A DNA stretch of 64,000 nucleotides, taken from the IMG/VR virus record IMGVR_UViG_3300017565_000002, positions 96,001 through 160,000 of that record; one strand, written 5' to 3'. Positions 49,004 to 59,252 of the stretch are shown piece by piece (the first letter of the stretch is position 1; the number at the start of each line of letters is the position of its first letter). Made by a program: the position numbers and the translations under genes. The stretch is from a virus. Taxonomy: Duplodnaviria; Caudoviricetes. The notes beneath the pieces are model-generated. The model searched no databases, was not told the DNA's origin, and saw only the letters and a list, made by a program, of their open reading frames with translations.

Positions 49004-49726
49004 ATGATTAAGATTGTTCCCAAAGGACGTTCGACTCGACAAGGTCGGGGTATCAATGAACTGACGATAGAGGCTAATCACCTAATTGATATCCTATCTG
49101 AGAATCGCGTGCAGGGCACCACTAAGACTGCCGCGGTAAAGAAATCCAAAAGCGCCACCAAGAAATTGAGCGACAAACAAAAGAAAGTCTTGAAACGCAT
49201 TCGCCGTTTCATGGAAGTAGATAAGGAAGTTAGAGAAGTTGAAGATTTCATGCATGAGAGTGGAAATAATATCGTCCTCTTACCTGAACCGATATCGAAA
49301 TATGTATCCGTTCGAGGTCGTATCAGGAAGAAGAAGATGGACGAATTTTCAGATGTATTGGATAAAAGCCACGTATTAGTCGACTCAGGACTAAACGTTC
49401 TTCGCAAGATCCCGTTCCATGCGTACCGGAAATTGAAGAAAATCGAGTATGCAATTCTCACCATCGACATCAATATCTTGGAAGATGGCGATAGCGAATA
49501 TTTTAACGCGGTATCTAATACATACCGTATCTCTTCATTGAATCAACTCCTCTATGTCCTGATTCGGAGAGAGGGATTGATTGAAGGGCTGAGAGCATAC
49601 CATCGTGATCTTGGATGGTATAACTACGTCAATGTAGTGGAGAAGATTAACATCCTGTACAAATCAGGTGCGGTTGAGATCTTGAAATTGGATAAATTTT
49701 TAGCACGGTATAAGCTATATAATTAG
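49004..49726 (+). CDS. Basic hypothetical protein (paralogue of next gene)
   Basis: 240 aa, SD AAGGGAG; C-terminal block shared with 49805-50539. Confidence 0.75.
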   Translation: MIKIVPKGRSTRQGRGINELTIEANHLIDILSENRVQGTTKTAAVKKSKSATKKLSDKQKKVLKRIRRFMEVDKEVREVEDFMHESGNNIVLLPEPISKYVSVRGRIRKKKMDEFSDVLDKSHVLVDSGLNVLRKIPFHAYRKLKKIEYAILTIDINILEDGDSEYFNAVSNTYRISSLNQLLYVLIRREGLIEGLRAYHRDLGWYNYVNVVEKINILYKSGAVEILKLDKFLARYKLYN

Positions 49727-49804
49727 ATACGGTTGATAACGATTCATCTGCCCGATTTAATCATAATGGACAGAGGGATCATAGACCAAAAGGAGATGAA
49801 CTGC

Positions 49805-50539
49805 ATGTATCGTTTGATACCAACTAAGAAGGGTAGAGAGATTTTAAGGAAACTGAGGGAGCACCACAAGAAGTTATTGAAGAAGTCTCCCGGCAAGAAG
49901 CAAGTCTCTTTGGGAAAGAAAGATCACCCCAAACTTGAGAAGTTTCTCAAGAAGCAGTTCAAGAAGAACATGCCGAAAGTGATGCCGAAATCTTTCCAAC
50001 ATCACTTGGGCGCGGCAATGGTAATATACGACGAAACCGCGAAAGAAATTTTCCGGTGTGTCGGGGAAATTCCGAAGAACCGATTGAAAAAGATTATTCA
50101 GAAGCATCCAAATGCTTCTGTACTTATTGATCTCGGTTCCGGAATCTACAAACAGATTCCCATCAAAAGCTTTAAGCGGTTGATCAAAATCCAGTTCATT
50201 GTGTTTGAACGGGAATACGAGTTCTTTGGTATTGACGGGTATGAGCCTGAAAGCAAATCCGGCGATTGGTTTGTCCCCGAATCTCAAGTTGACTACATCT
50301 ATTCGATCAACCAGCTATTGAAGCTGTTCATCATAGAGGAAGCATTTGATCGCGCCAACCAACTCTACGTCTCCGCCAGATTTTACGATCTTACAGGTGT
50401 GGAGAAAACCTGTAAAGTATTGTACAAGAATGGCAAGGTTGGCAAGTTCAAATACAAGAAATTCCTAGAAGAGTATAAGCTCAATTTGGTCATGGGTATT
50501 TTTGAGAAGAAGAAAAATAATAAAAGCGAGGTTAAGTAG
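49805..50539 (+). CDS. Basic hypothetical protein (paralogue of previous gene)
   Basis: SD AAAGGAG supports ATG at 49805; SINQLL and VLYKNGKVGKFKYKKFLEEYKL shared with the previous gene. Confidence 0.75.
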   Translation: MYRLIPTKKGREILRKLREHHKKLLKKSPGKKQVSLGKKDHPKLEKFLKKQFKKNMPKVMPKSFQHHLGAAMVIYDETAKEIFRCVGEIPKNRLKKIIQKHPNASVLIDLGSGIYKQIPIKSFKRLIKIQFIVFEREYEFFGIDGYEPESKSGDWFVPESQVDYIYSINQLLKLFIIEEAFDRANQLYVSARFYDLTGVEKTCKVLYKNGKVGKFKYKKFLEEYKLNLVMGIFEKKKNNKSEVK

Positions 50540-51334
50540 ATGAATAAATTTGTAGATACCGCAAATAACGTAAAGGTCGTACAGGTCGCAAAGGTCGAGC
50601 CAACTGAAGACTTAAGGATGTATCGCAGCGACCCTTCTACAATTATAGATGTTATTCGCCACGGGTTGGGAGAACTCGTATTAACGGATGATGAGTTGTG
50701 TAAAATCGTGGATGAAAATCCCATGATTATTCGCCTTATTGCAAATCCGCCCGAGAATGTGCAGAGAGCGGCTGTAACGAAAGACTACAGCGCAATTCAA
50801 TATATTCAGTACCCTACCCCGGAAATGCAAGCATATGCAGTATCAAATGATAGCAGTTTGATCTGTTATTTAGATGATCCTGACGAATATGTACAAATGG
50901 TAGCTGTCGAGAATAATCCATATGTAATTGCAGCTATACAATCACCGAGTGAAGATATTTGTATAGCTGCAATTAAGAAATCACCCTATGCGATTCAACA
51001 CATTCAAAACCCGAGCGAAGCTCTCCAGCTGATGGCAGTTAAGATGAAACCTGATGCAATAGGTTTCATCACAGAACCATCGCAGTTTATACAGTTGGTG
51101 GCTGTTGATTTAGACCCGATGGCTATTAAATTCATTAAAGAACCCGCTGAAATTGTGCAGATGGCCGCTGTGGCCGGAAATACGAACGCTGTTATGTACA
51201 TCGATAAACCTACTCCACTTATTCAAATGATGGTCGTCGCGATTGATCCATCGAATATTCTGTTACTTAAAGAAATTGATCATTCCACCGTCATTCCTTA
51301 CGTGGTCGAACTTACACATGGATACAAGCATTAA
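50540..51334 (+). CDS. 22-aa repeat protein (DUF4116-like)
   Basis: About 9 degenerate repeats of type IQYIQYPTPEMQAYAV. Confidence 0.75.
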   Translation: MNKFVDTANNVKVVQVAKVEPTEDLRMYRSDPSTIIDVIRHGLGELVLTDDELCKIVDENPMIIRLIANPPENVQRAAVTKDYSAIQYIQYPTPEMQAYAVSNDSSLICYLDDPDEYVQMVAVENNPYVIAAIQSPSEDICIAAIKKSPYAIQHIQNPSEALQLMAVKMKPDAIGFITEPSQFIQLVAVDLDPMAIKFIKEPAEIVQMAAVAGNTNAVMYIDKPTPLIQMMVVAIDPSNILLLKEIDHSTVIPYVVELTHGYKH

Positions 51335-51404
51335 AGAAAGAAGAGAGGAACCCTCGAAAGGTTCCTCTCAATTATTTTATTTATATGGGAGAGATTAATC
51401 GATT

Positions 51405-52694
51405 ATGGACAAAGAAGCTATCGACCGTATTCGCTTATACTTAAAAAACGCACCATGGCTGACCCAACAGAACACTCAAAGCGAAATTGGGGCGCTTACA
51501 TCCACTATCTCGTCGATTCGTAAATATGTGGAAAAACACGATGACTACTCACCATTATTGATTGCATTCCCGGGTGGGGATGAAGATTATGCATGGTGTA
51601 TTTATGAAGACCTTACAAGTGGATTATCCCAATTGGTTTATATTATAAACAGGGATAAGCCCATTTTTGTCTCTAATTCTAACGATGTAAGAGAGGTTGC
51701 CGATTTACCGATTTTCTTCCTCAGAAATAAACTTATTTATCATCCAAAGTTCAATTTATACACAGCTGTGGTATCGTTATTCACGGTTAGCTACTATACC
51801 CATTTTTCGTTTATATTTGCACAAGACGAAGACAGTGCACAGGTATTTATGACTTATATAAAGGCAAAGAACGTTGAGCGAGTTAGAGGGAAGATTAAAA
51901 TACTTACAGATACACCAAGAGGTCTGAATACACAGATTGAGGAAGTGAAAAATATTATAGGTTCTTCCGACGTTTTGTTGGGGCAGACAATAAAATCAGA
52001 TATTTTCAGATCAGTTGAGTAGTTCTTTACCGACGAAGGATCTTTCTATCGGACACACAAAATTCCTTATCGTAGAGGCATTTTGCTATACGGGAAGCCG
52101 GGAAATGGAAAGACGACATTAGTCCGATCACTATTAAATCATATGGATGTACCGACCACTTACTGGCAGGTTACTGAATTTTCATCAAGTAATTCTATTC
52201 GCGAAGTCTTCTCCGGACTTCAAGGACTTCAGACACCTTCAATACTCGTTGTCGAGGATATTGATTCTCTACCTAGAGATTGTCGGTCGGCATTCTTAAA
52301 CCAACTCGACGGTATAAATACAATTGAAGGACTATTCATTATTGGTACGACAAATTATCCGGAACAAATTGATTCGGCGCTCATGAATAGAGCGGGTCGA
52401 TTTGACCGTGCCTACGAAATTAAACCACCCACAGCTGATACACGGCGCGAGTATTTAATCCGAAAAGGGATTATGAATTTCGTCGATGAAGATGGTTTGG
52501 CGACGATTGTGGCGGAAACCGAAGGATATTCCATGGCTGTATTGAACGAAGTCTATACATCATGTGCGTTATATTATCATTATGATGGCGTTGTAAATGT
52601 GTCTTCCTTAATGGATCAGCTTAGGGAGATAGATAAGAAACAGAAGAAGGGCGAATTCCTTACAACTGATAAAAACGCAGTCGGGTTTATTTGA
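51405..52694 (+). pseudogene. AAA+ ATPase interrupted by one in-frame TAG (52020-52022)
   Basis: Reading through gives [38 protein letters not shown], then Walker B VVEDID, sensor GTTN and Arg finger NRAGRFD. Confidence 0.8.
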
Positions 52695-52718
52695 CTGATA
52701 AAAAAGGAGATAATAGCC

Positions 52719-53942
52719 ATGAATATTAACGAGATTATTGAGGTAATTGGTAAGAAAAATGGTATCCTCACGTTGGAAGAACAGTATCTCGCTATAAAAG
52801 ATTCTAAGCGTTTAGTCAAATATATCAAGAATCCACATGTGGTTATACAATGTATGGTCATCCATGATGACGCCACTATGATACAATATATCGAAAACCC
52901 TGCCGAAGAAGTGCAGTTACTGGCCGTGATGATGAGGGGTCACACAATAAGATTCATTAAAAATCCGACTAAAAGGGTTCAATTAGCTGCTGTTACACAA
53001 GAAGGATATGCAATCAAATATATTGAAAATCCTGATAAAGACGACGTGCAATTGGCCGCTATTAAACAAGATGGGCTTGCAATCAAATATATTGAAAATC
53101 CTGATAAAGATGTACAGTTAATTGCCGTCCAAACCGATGGATATGCAATCGGCTACATCAAAACCCCCGATAAAGATGTACAGTTAGCCGCCGTTAAACA
53201 AAATGGGCGTTCAATTCAATATATTGAAAATCCTGATAAAGAGATTCAACTAGCCGCGGTTGAACACGACGAGCATGTAATTGAATTCATTGAAAATCCC
53301 GATAAGGACGTACAGTTAATTGCCGTCCAAACCGATGGATATGTAATTTGCTACATCGAAAATCCTGATAAGGAGATTCAACTAGCTGCCGTTAAACAAA
53401 ATGGTCATACAATTAGATATATCAAAAATCCCGATAAAGATGTGCAGTTAGCTGCTGTTGAAGAGGATGGATATGCAATTGAATACATCAAAAATCCTGA
53501 TAAAGATATACAGTTAGCTGCTGTTACACAAGAAGCGTACGCAATCGGACATATTCAGAACCCTGATAAAGATGTTCAGTTGGTCGCTGTTCGAGAAAAT
53601 GGATATGCAATTAAATATATCAATGACCCTGACAAAGAGGTTCAATTAGCTGCTGTTACACAAGATGGATACTCAATTGAATATATCAAAAATCCTGATA
53701 AAGATGTACAGTTAGCTGCTGTTACACAAAATGGGCGTGCAATTGAATATATTGAAAATCCTGATAAGGATATACAGTTGGCCGCCGTTAAACAAAATGG
53801 ATGTGCAATCGAATGCATTGAAAATCCTGATAAGGAGATTCAACTAGCTGCCGTTAAAGAGGATGGGTTTGCAATCAAATACATTGAAAATCCTGATAAA
53901 GATGTACAGTTGGTTGCTGTTGAGAGACAAGAGGAGGATTAA
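52719..53942 (+). CDS. 22-aa tandem repeat protein (DUF4116-like)
   Basis: 407 aa; consensus IKYIENPDKDVQLAAVKQDGYA. Confidence 0.85.
   Translation: MNINEIIEVIGKKNGILTLEEQYLAIKDSKRLVKYIKNPHVVIQCMVIHDDATMIQYIENPAEEVQLLAVMMRGHTIRFIKNPTKRVQLAAVTQEGYAIKYIENPDKDDVQLAAIKQDGLAIKYIENPDKDVQLIAVQTDGYAIGYIKTPDKDVQLAAVKQNGRSIQYIENPDKEIQLAAVEHDEHVIEFIENPDKDVQLIAVQTDGYVICYIENPDKEIQLAAVKQNGHTIRYIKNPDKDVQLAAVEEDGYAIEYIKNPDKDIQLAAVTQEAYAIGHIQNPDKDVQLVAVRENGYAIKYINDPDKEVQLAAVTQDGYSIEYIKNPDKDVQLAAVTQNGRAIEYIENPDKDIQLAAVKQNGCAIECIENPDKEIQLAAVKEDGFAIKYIENPDKDVQLVAVERQEED
52881..53939 (+). repeat. Coding tandem repeat, 66-bp unit, 16 copies
   Basis: Recurring GAAAATCCTGATAAAGATGTACAGTTAGCTGC-like unit; one copy has an extra Asp codon. 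Confidence 0.9.
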
Positions 53943-53943
53943 A

Positions 53944-54405
53944 GTGAAAGATTCGCATAATGAGCATAATGATAGATCTACTCATGGAAGAATAAAGGAG
54001 AAGCGAATCGAATATAGTAAGACTGTAGGTGATACAACCGAGATATATCGTGAAACCTACATCTACGCCGATGATGCTATAGAGGTAGATCAAACCACAG
54101 ATAAAGATGAATCGCCTGTATATGCTCGAAATGCGGATGGATTTATCAAAATATCTATGACATCATTGGAGAGACAGAGAAGACAATTCCAAAAAGATCT
54201 TCTTAGTGCTGAAAAGCAAGCGAATACTCATAAGATTGCGGTACAGAAACTTAAGTCGAAAGTAAAGAAGCTAGTCAAGCAGAATAAGAAACAAAAACCT
54301 AAACCGCGTCGGTTGGTTGATAGTGGACATATTGAGCAAGATGTGAAGTTGCCGTCCAACGTGGTTCGGTTTATGGGTCGTCGAAGAGAGGGAAGAGAAG
54401 CCTGA
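53944..54405 (+). CDS. Hypothetical protein with basic coiled coil
   Basis: SD GAGGAGG supports GTG at 53944; hairpin terminator follows. Confidence 0.7.
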   Translation: MKDSHNEHNDRSTHGRIKEKRIEYSKTVGDTTEIYRETYIYADDAIEVDQTTDKDESPVYARNADGFIKISMTSLERQRRQFQKDLLSAEKQANTHKIAVQKLKSKVKKLVKQNKKQKPKPRRLVDSGHIEQDVKLPSNVVRFMGRRREGREA

Positions 54406-54531
54406 GAGAAACCTCAGGCTTTTTCCTAATATTTTAATACGGGTATTCAATATGGAAACCAAAGTCAACGATAATATTAAATATTATGATCACCATATAA
54501 AGAATATCGACACAAAATGAAGGTGAGTTAG

Positions 54532-55575
54532 ATGGATGGAAAGGCCGTTGTACTAGATATATTAATGAACCAGCTAGAACGTGCACATTATAATCTAGAT
54601 AAGACAAAGGTCTATGGTAGATGTCCATACTGCGGGGACAGTAGGAGTAATCGGAGTGAAACGAATTTCAATATTCGTATCCCTACAGATGATGACCCTA
54701 GATGGTTATATATCTGCTTTCGTGCAAGCTGTGGGCAACATGGTGCAATTACACCAGAGTTTCTACGAATGATTGGCAGTGACCGCCATGACGCCAACGT
54801 TTATCTTAATAGGATAAATGCAACGGCAAGGAAGGCTAAACGTTTTAAAGAAAAAGGGCGAAAGGCATTCGTCAATTTTCTAAGCCCAAACGACAAGCTA
54901 TCATTGGCAAAATTAGACTACATTAATGGCAGGCTTGGGACAAAATTGTCATTAGTCGATTTAATGAAACTAAAGATCCACACATCACTCAATATGCTAC
55001 TGAAGTCAAATGAGGTTGTTATACCAGTAAAGAAAGAGCGTTATTATAATGACTTATCCCTATATGGTATATGCTTCATTAGTGCATACGGGGATTATGT
55101 CGTTGTACGTAATACGACAAAGAGTAAGAAAATTGGACGGTATACGATGATCGATGTGTTTGAAGGGGATATGGTAGACGGAGAGAAATTTAAGTTTTAC
55201 ATTATCCCCACGAAGATTGACTTGATGTCCCCTCGCCCCACAGTCATTAATATGGCTGAAGGCGGGTTTGATATCTTATCAGTTTACCTGAATATTGAAC
55301 CAAGATTGTCTTATGAAAACCAGATACACGTGAGTGTATCCGGATCAAGTTATGAACGTGCGCTAATTCAACTAATCCGACAATATGGATTGGTTGATAT
55401 CGCAATTAACTTCTTTTCCGATGACAATATCCAACTGGATGTATACCAGAAGATTTGTAATCGGGTAAGACCCTATACAAACTCATTGGATGCAAGAGTC
55501 ATCTATAATGATCTAAACGATGATTTCGGTGTTCCAAAATCTCAAATCAAGATAAGGGAAATATACCTTACGTAG
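54532..55575 (+). CDS. Putative DNA primase (Zn finger plus TOPRIM)
   Basis: CPYCGD...CFRASC zinc finger; MAEGGFDI and FFSDDN TOPRIM motifs. Confidence 0.8.
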   Translation: MDGKAVVLDILMNQLERAHYNLDKTKVYGRCPYCGDSRSNRSETNFNIRIPTDDDPRWLYICFRASCGQHGAITPEFLRMIGSDRHDANVYLNRINATARKAKRFKEKGRKAFVNFLSPNDKLSLAKLDYINGRLGTKLSLVDLMKLKIHTSLNMLLKSNEVVIPVKKERYYNDLSLYGICFISAYGDYVVVRNTTKSKKIGRYTMIDVFEGDMVDGEKFKFYIIPTKIDLMSPRPTVINMAEGGFDILSVYLNIEPRLSYENQIHVSVSGSSYERALIQLIRQYGLVDIAINFFSDDNIQLDVYQKICNRVRPYTNSLDARVIYNDLNDDFGVPKSQIKIREIYLT

Positions 55576-55587
55576 GAGGAAAAATAT

Positions 55588-56310
55588 ATGACTACAAATT
55601 TTCAAGAATGGAATCAAGAGCAAGATCTGGGTTCGGCATACGCCCATGCAACTTGTGTGGATGATACGTTTTCGCTAACTATTAAAGATGTGAGCATCTT
55701 TAAATTCAAAATTTCAAAGATGGCATACAGACGCAAACTCGAAGAACTTGTCAACTTTACAAACTACTTCATAGCCGAATATGATACAGCCCAAGAGTTC
55801 GCTTACAGTCTGCAAAGGGTCGGTCTCAAAATTCACGAAACCAAAAACCTTACACTTGCAGAGTTTGTGGGCTATCTCTTTATGACTGTATTTACGCCAT
55901 CCATTAAGACAAAAATAGTGGATGTCGCATCAAATTTGTCAGCAGAGGAACGGGATTTAAAGATTGCAGCTACTGCAATCAGGTTGGTTATTCCAGTTAT
56001 GTCCGAATATGTTTCAGTAAACGAGTTGAGAATGAAAAGTACAATGTTTAAAATCATTGAACCAGTGTTCGAGTTATTCGAAGAGACTAAGAGAATTCCT
56101 AGCATCATCCGGAAACTCGTAAACGCTAGACTGAAGGATAGTCACACGAAAAATATTAAGATGTACGAAGTTCAAGGCTTAAATCTGGAAGAAACGAGAG
56201 ATCATATCTATCGGATGGTCTTAACGGATGCTATTTTCAAGACTACCGATTATACATCTATAAGCACTATCATTGACTCGCAAATCGTTTTCAATCTCAA
56301 TTCCCAATAG
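55588..56310 (+). CDS. Truncated paralogue of the 44572-46062 (sigma-like) protein
   Basis: Collinear shared blocks (see findings); SD AGGAGG. Confidence 0.7.
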   Translation: MTTNFQEWNQEQDLGSAYAHATCVDDTFSLTIKDVSIFKFKISKMAYRRKLEELVNFTNYFIAEYDTAQEFAYSLQRVGLKIHETKNLTLAEFVGYLFMTVFTPSIKTKIVDVASNLSAEERDLKIAATAIRLVIPVMSEYVSVNELRMKSTMFKIIEPVFELFEETKRIPSIIRKLVNARLKDSHTKNIKMYEVQGLNLEETRDHIYRMVLTDAIFKTTDYTSISTIIDSQIVFNLNSQ

Positions 56311-56344
56311 TAAAAAGGTCATATCGAATTAGGAGGAAACGAAA

Positions 56345-56851
56345 ATGAAACTATATGTATCTTTCCACTGTGTCTTTACTTATTTGGGCGGTCATCTCGA
56401 ATTCAATAGTTTACCCGGAGAGAATACACCGGTGTTGCTACAGGTTAATACCGAAGAAGGAGTGACTTTTCGTGCGGAATTCCGCGAGTTTGATCGTGTA
56501 TCGAACCTCATGGAAATGGCATACCCCGATACGGATATATTCCAGGATATCAGATCAAGACTCAAGCATTCGGATATTCAGTTTTCAGATATAACCGATA
56601 GCATATATGCTATCGACTATAGCGAAACGAACCCGAATGTGTACTCGTTTGATATAAAGGCAATGTCACACACCGTCGTATTCGAACTGGATAAATGGAT
56701 GGAAAGGCTGGCCCAAGTGTGCAATATGAAAGATAAAGACCAGTTCGAGCTTGTTGGCTCCAACTCGTCGATCCAGAGCTTTATTGCGCTTGTATCAGCA
56801 TCCTCTAATTTCAGACGGGGCATCAAATGTAGGTTCGTATACATCGCGTAA
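56345..56851 (+). CDS. Hypothetical protein
   Basis: 168 aa, SD AGGAGG. Confidence 0.75.
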   Translation: MKLYVSFHCVFTYLGGHLEFNSLPGENTPVLLQVNTEEGVTFRAEFREFDRVSNLMEMAYPDTDIFQDIRSRLKHSDIQFSDITDSIYAIDYSETNPNVYSFDIKAMSHTVVFELDKWMERLAQVCNMKDKDQFELVGSNSSIQSFIALVSASSNFRRGIKCRFVYIA

Positions 56852-56900
56852 TATGCAGAGAAGACTGATATATAACTATCAGTCTTCTTTTTTTATCAAA

Positions 56901-56912
56901 AACACATTATTA
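56901..56912 (+). promoter_or_regulatory. Putative late promoter AACA-N6-TA
   Basis: AACA cattat TA upstream of 56930. Confidence 0.55.
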
Positions 56913-56929
56913 AAGGAGCGTGAAATAAA

Positions 56930-58162
56930 ATGAGGGTATTGAACGTTGAAAATCTAATTGAGAATCAGAGTCAGAAGCATCGTGAACGACTCGTCTCTCA
57001 ATTTAGCCGTTTAACAGATTCTAATCCATCATTCGTCAGATATTATTCCATCGATGGGGTTAACTCTACGGCAGAACTGGGTACACGGGATATCATGCAA
57101 TATGTCGGAGATGATTCCCCGGTTCAGTTTAAACGCGTTGAAGGTGTTCCACTATTTGCCCGCAATCCCATTACGAGTGAAGTTGTATATGATGAAAGTC
57201 TAGGTAGTTATACGTCATTTAGTGATGAGGCTTTGATAAACGTATCGGTTATACGTCCACTACCCGGAGACCACTTTGTCGACCCAGACTTTAATCCTGA
57301 GGTTATCTTTATTATTACGGAGACGAAGATACGAGCAATCCGGGGTGAGGATCACTATCAAATTTCGTTTAGTGTTGTTCCGACATCAAGACTCCTGAAT
57401 ATTGAACGGCAGGTAACTGAACGCTATAAGACAATCTTTAGAAACATCGGCACAGAGGATACCGTCCTTATCAAAGAGCAAGATTACAATCTTCTCAATG
57501 AATGTGTGGCGGCATATTCAACTATCCAAGAACGATACCTGAATGAAAATCTTGATACCGATATCGCCTACCTTAAGACACCAGATTATTTGGATCTCGA
57601 CGGGTGTGTCGGCTACGGGACTTGCAAATACCTGATTCGGTTCTTAATGGAGAATCGTGTAATTTACTTTGACGAGATCTTGGAATCGATTTTTGCATTT
57701 GAGACGGTACTGCCATTCCAAGCGAAGCATAATATCAACTACTCAAGATCGTTCCCTCTTCATAAATTCCTTAAACGGAAGATAGTCAAGGGTACGCAGT
57801 ATGTAACATTCCGGGCATTACCCATGTCTTTATTCCGTGAAGTGTCCAACGAACTCATGGAGCAATCTATCGAGTTCAAGTTCTCACCGGGTGGATCTAC
57901 ACACACACCCGATATAAAGGAATTTGTTTTATACACAGAAGAATTTACGGATATTATTATTGATAAGGATTATGACAATGCTACACCGATGGAGAAAGTC
58001 ATTGCAAAATTCGTCAATGACGAAGATATTACGATAGAAGAATTTATGGATATTATTGACGATTATGACGTAACAGATCTGTTTAGATTCTACTTTATAC
58101 CGCTGATCCTTGTCATCCTAAAGGTAAAAATTAAAGCGCTACAGAAAATAGGCAACAATTAA
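56930..58162 (+). CDS. Hypothetical virion structural protein
   Basis: 410 aa, late motif upstream; function from context only. Confidence 0.6.
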   Translation: MRVLNVENLIENQSQKHRERLVSQFSRLTDSNPSFVRYYSIDGVNSTAELGTRDIMQYVGDDSPVQFKRVEGVPLFARNPITSEVVYDESLGSYTSFSDEALINVSVIRPLPGDHFVDPDFNPEVIFIITETKIRAIRGEDHYQISFSVVPTSRLLNIERQVTERYKTIFRNIGTEDTVLIKEQDYNLLNECVAAYSTIQERYLNENLDTDIAYLKTPDYLDLDGCVGYGTCKYLIRFLMENRVIYFDEILESIFAFETVLPFQAKHNINYSRSFPLHKFLKRKIVKGTQYVTFRALPMSLFREVSNELMEQSIEFKFSPGGSTHTPDIKEFVLYTEEFTDIIIDKDYDNATPMEKVIAKFVNDEDITIEEFMDIIDDYDVTDLFRFYFIPLILVILKVKIKALQKIGNN

Positions 58163-58200
58163 GTAATGACAGAGTTTATTCTAAAAGGAGGATATGCACT

Positions 58201-58503
58201 ATGTTTACAATGCTTGCACAAGAAAGACATAAAAAGTTGGTAGAGGCTGACCAAGCCCGTCTGATCAAGGAAGCTGCGGACGATGTCATCCCGGATGATT
58301 ACGAATCCGAACCGGTAAGCGGCGAAGATTTGGACTCTGTAACCGGGGCCGACGAAGACTCCGTAACTGAAGAAGAGATGAGCGAATTGGAAGATCTTTT
58401 CGACACTTGGATCGAGGGAACCGCTGATGAAGAACAAGTTGAACAGCTGTCTGACGACGAGTTAGAGCAGCTTGTAGCAGATCAAAGCGCCGACATGGCT
58501 TAA
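58201..58503 (+). CDS. Small acidic protein, possible head core protein
   Basis: 100 aa, very D/E-rich, KLVEA and LIKEA candidate cleavage sites. Confidence 0.6.
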   Translation: MFTMLAQERHKKLVEADQARLIKEAADDVIPDDYESEPVSGEDLDSVTGADEDSVTEEEMSELEDLFDTWIEGTADEEQVEQLSDDELEQLVADQSADMA

Positions 58504-58526
58504 TTCAACAAAGGAGGACAAGTGAA

Positions 58527-59252
58527 ATGAATAACACCGCTAACGGGAAATGGGTCGTAATCAATGATATTGGGAGGGAACTTACGCCCGTTGGGTTCGG
58601 GCTAAGGAGTCCAATCAATAGACCTTACTTTTTTCCATTTGAAACGATTTTTCTCCTTTTGACAAGATCCGGTGTCACGAATATGTGGGAAGTTTTCCTG
58701 AAAGACCCGGAACTCCGGGTAAAACTCGATGCCACCAACTTCCGGCGATCATTCTCGGAACTGTGGGATGAGCAATATCCTGAAACACCATTCCCATGGA
58801 CCGAGGCTGGTAACATGGAAACTGATCCGTCGTTTGCAATACCACCGGGCGAAAATCAAGAACCCTCGTGGGAGATTACCTCTCCCGTAGAAGAACAACC
58901 TCCGTTCGAGGGAGGAAATCCCGACGAAGGCGGCGACGAAATTCCACCGGCTGGCGAAAACCAAGCATCTACAGGAGAGAACACTCCTCCGGCAGATGAA
59001 CAACCTCCAGTTGTGGGTGGGGAGAGTGACGAAACTCCACCTGCCGGTGAAAATACTGAGGAAACTCCGACTGAAAATGAAGAGAATACCGAGACACCAC
59101 CGGAGCAAGAAACCAACCCTGAAACTGAACCTCCGGTTGAGACACCTCCGACGGAAGAAGAACCAGAAGAGGTTGCTGATGAAGTTATCACCGAGGAAGA
59201 ACCTGAGCCGAAGGTTGTCGAGAGGCAGCAAAAGAAGCAAAAGAACCGCTAA
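58527..59252 (+). CDS. Protein with globular N-terminus and Pro/Glu-rich disordered tail
   Basis: 241 aa; repeated PPAGEN/ETPP motifs; short basic C-terminus. Confidence 0.8.
   Translation: MNNTANGKWVVINDIGRELTPVGFGLRSPINRPYFFPFETIFLLLTRSGVTNMWEVFLKDPELRVKLDATNFRRSFSELWDEQYPETPFPWTEAGNMETDPSFAIPPGENQEPSWEITSPVEEQPPFEGGNPDEGGDEIPPAGENQASTGENTPPADEQPPVVGGESDETPPAGENTEETPTENEENTETPPEQETNPETEPPVETPPTEEEPEEVADEVITEEEPEPKVVERQQKKQKNR

Noticed and set aside
52020-52022. Genome-wide TAG recoding (alternative genetic code)
   Set aside because: TAG serves as a normal stop for terL (8758-8760, inside a terminator), 33568-34035 and the primase, and core genes are not fragmented by TAG.
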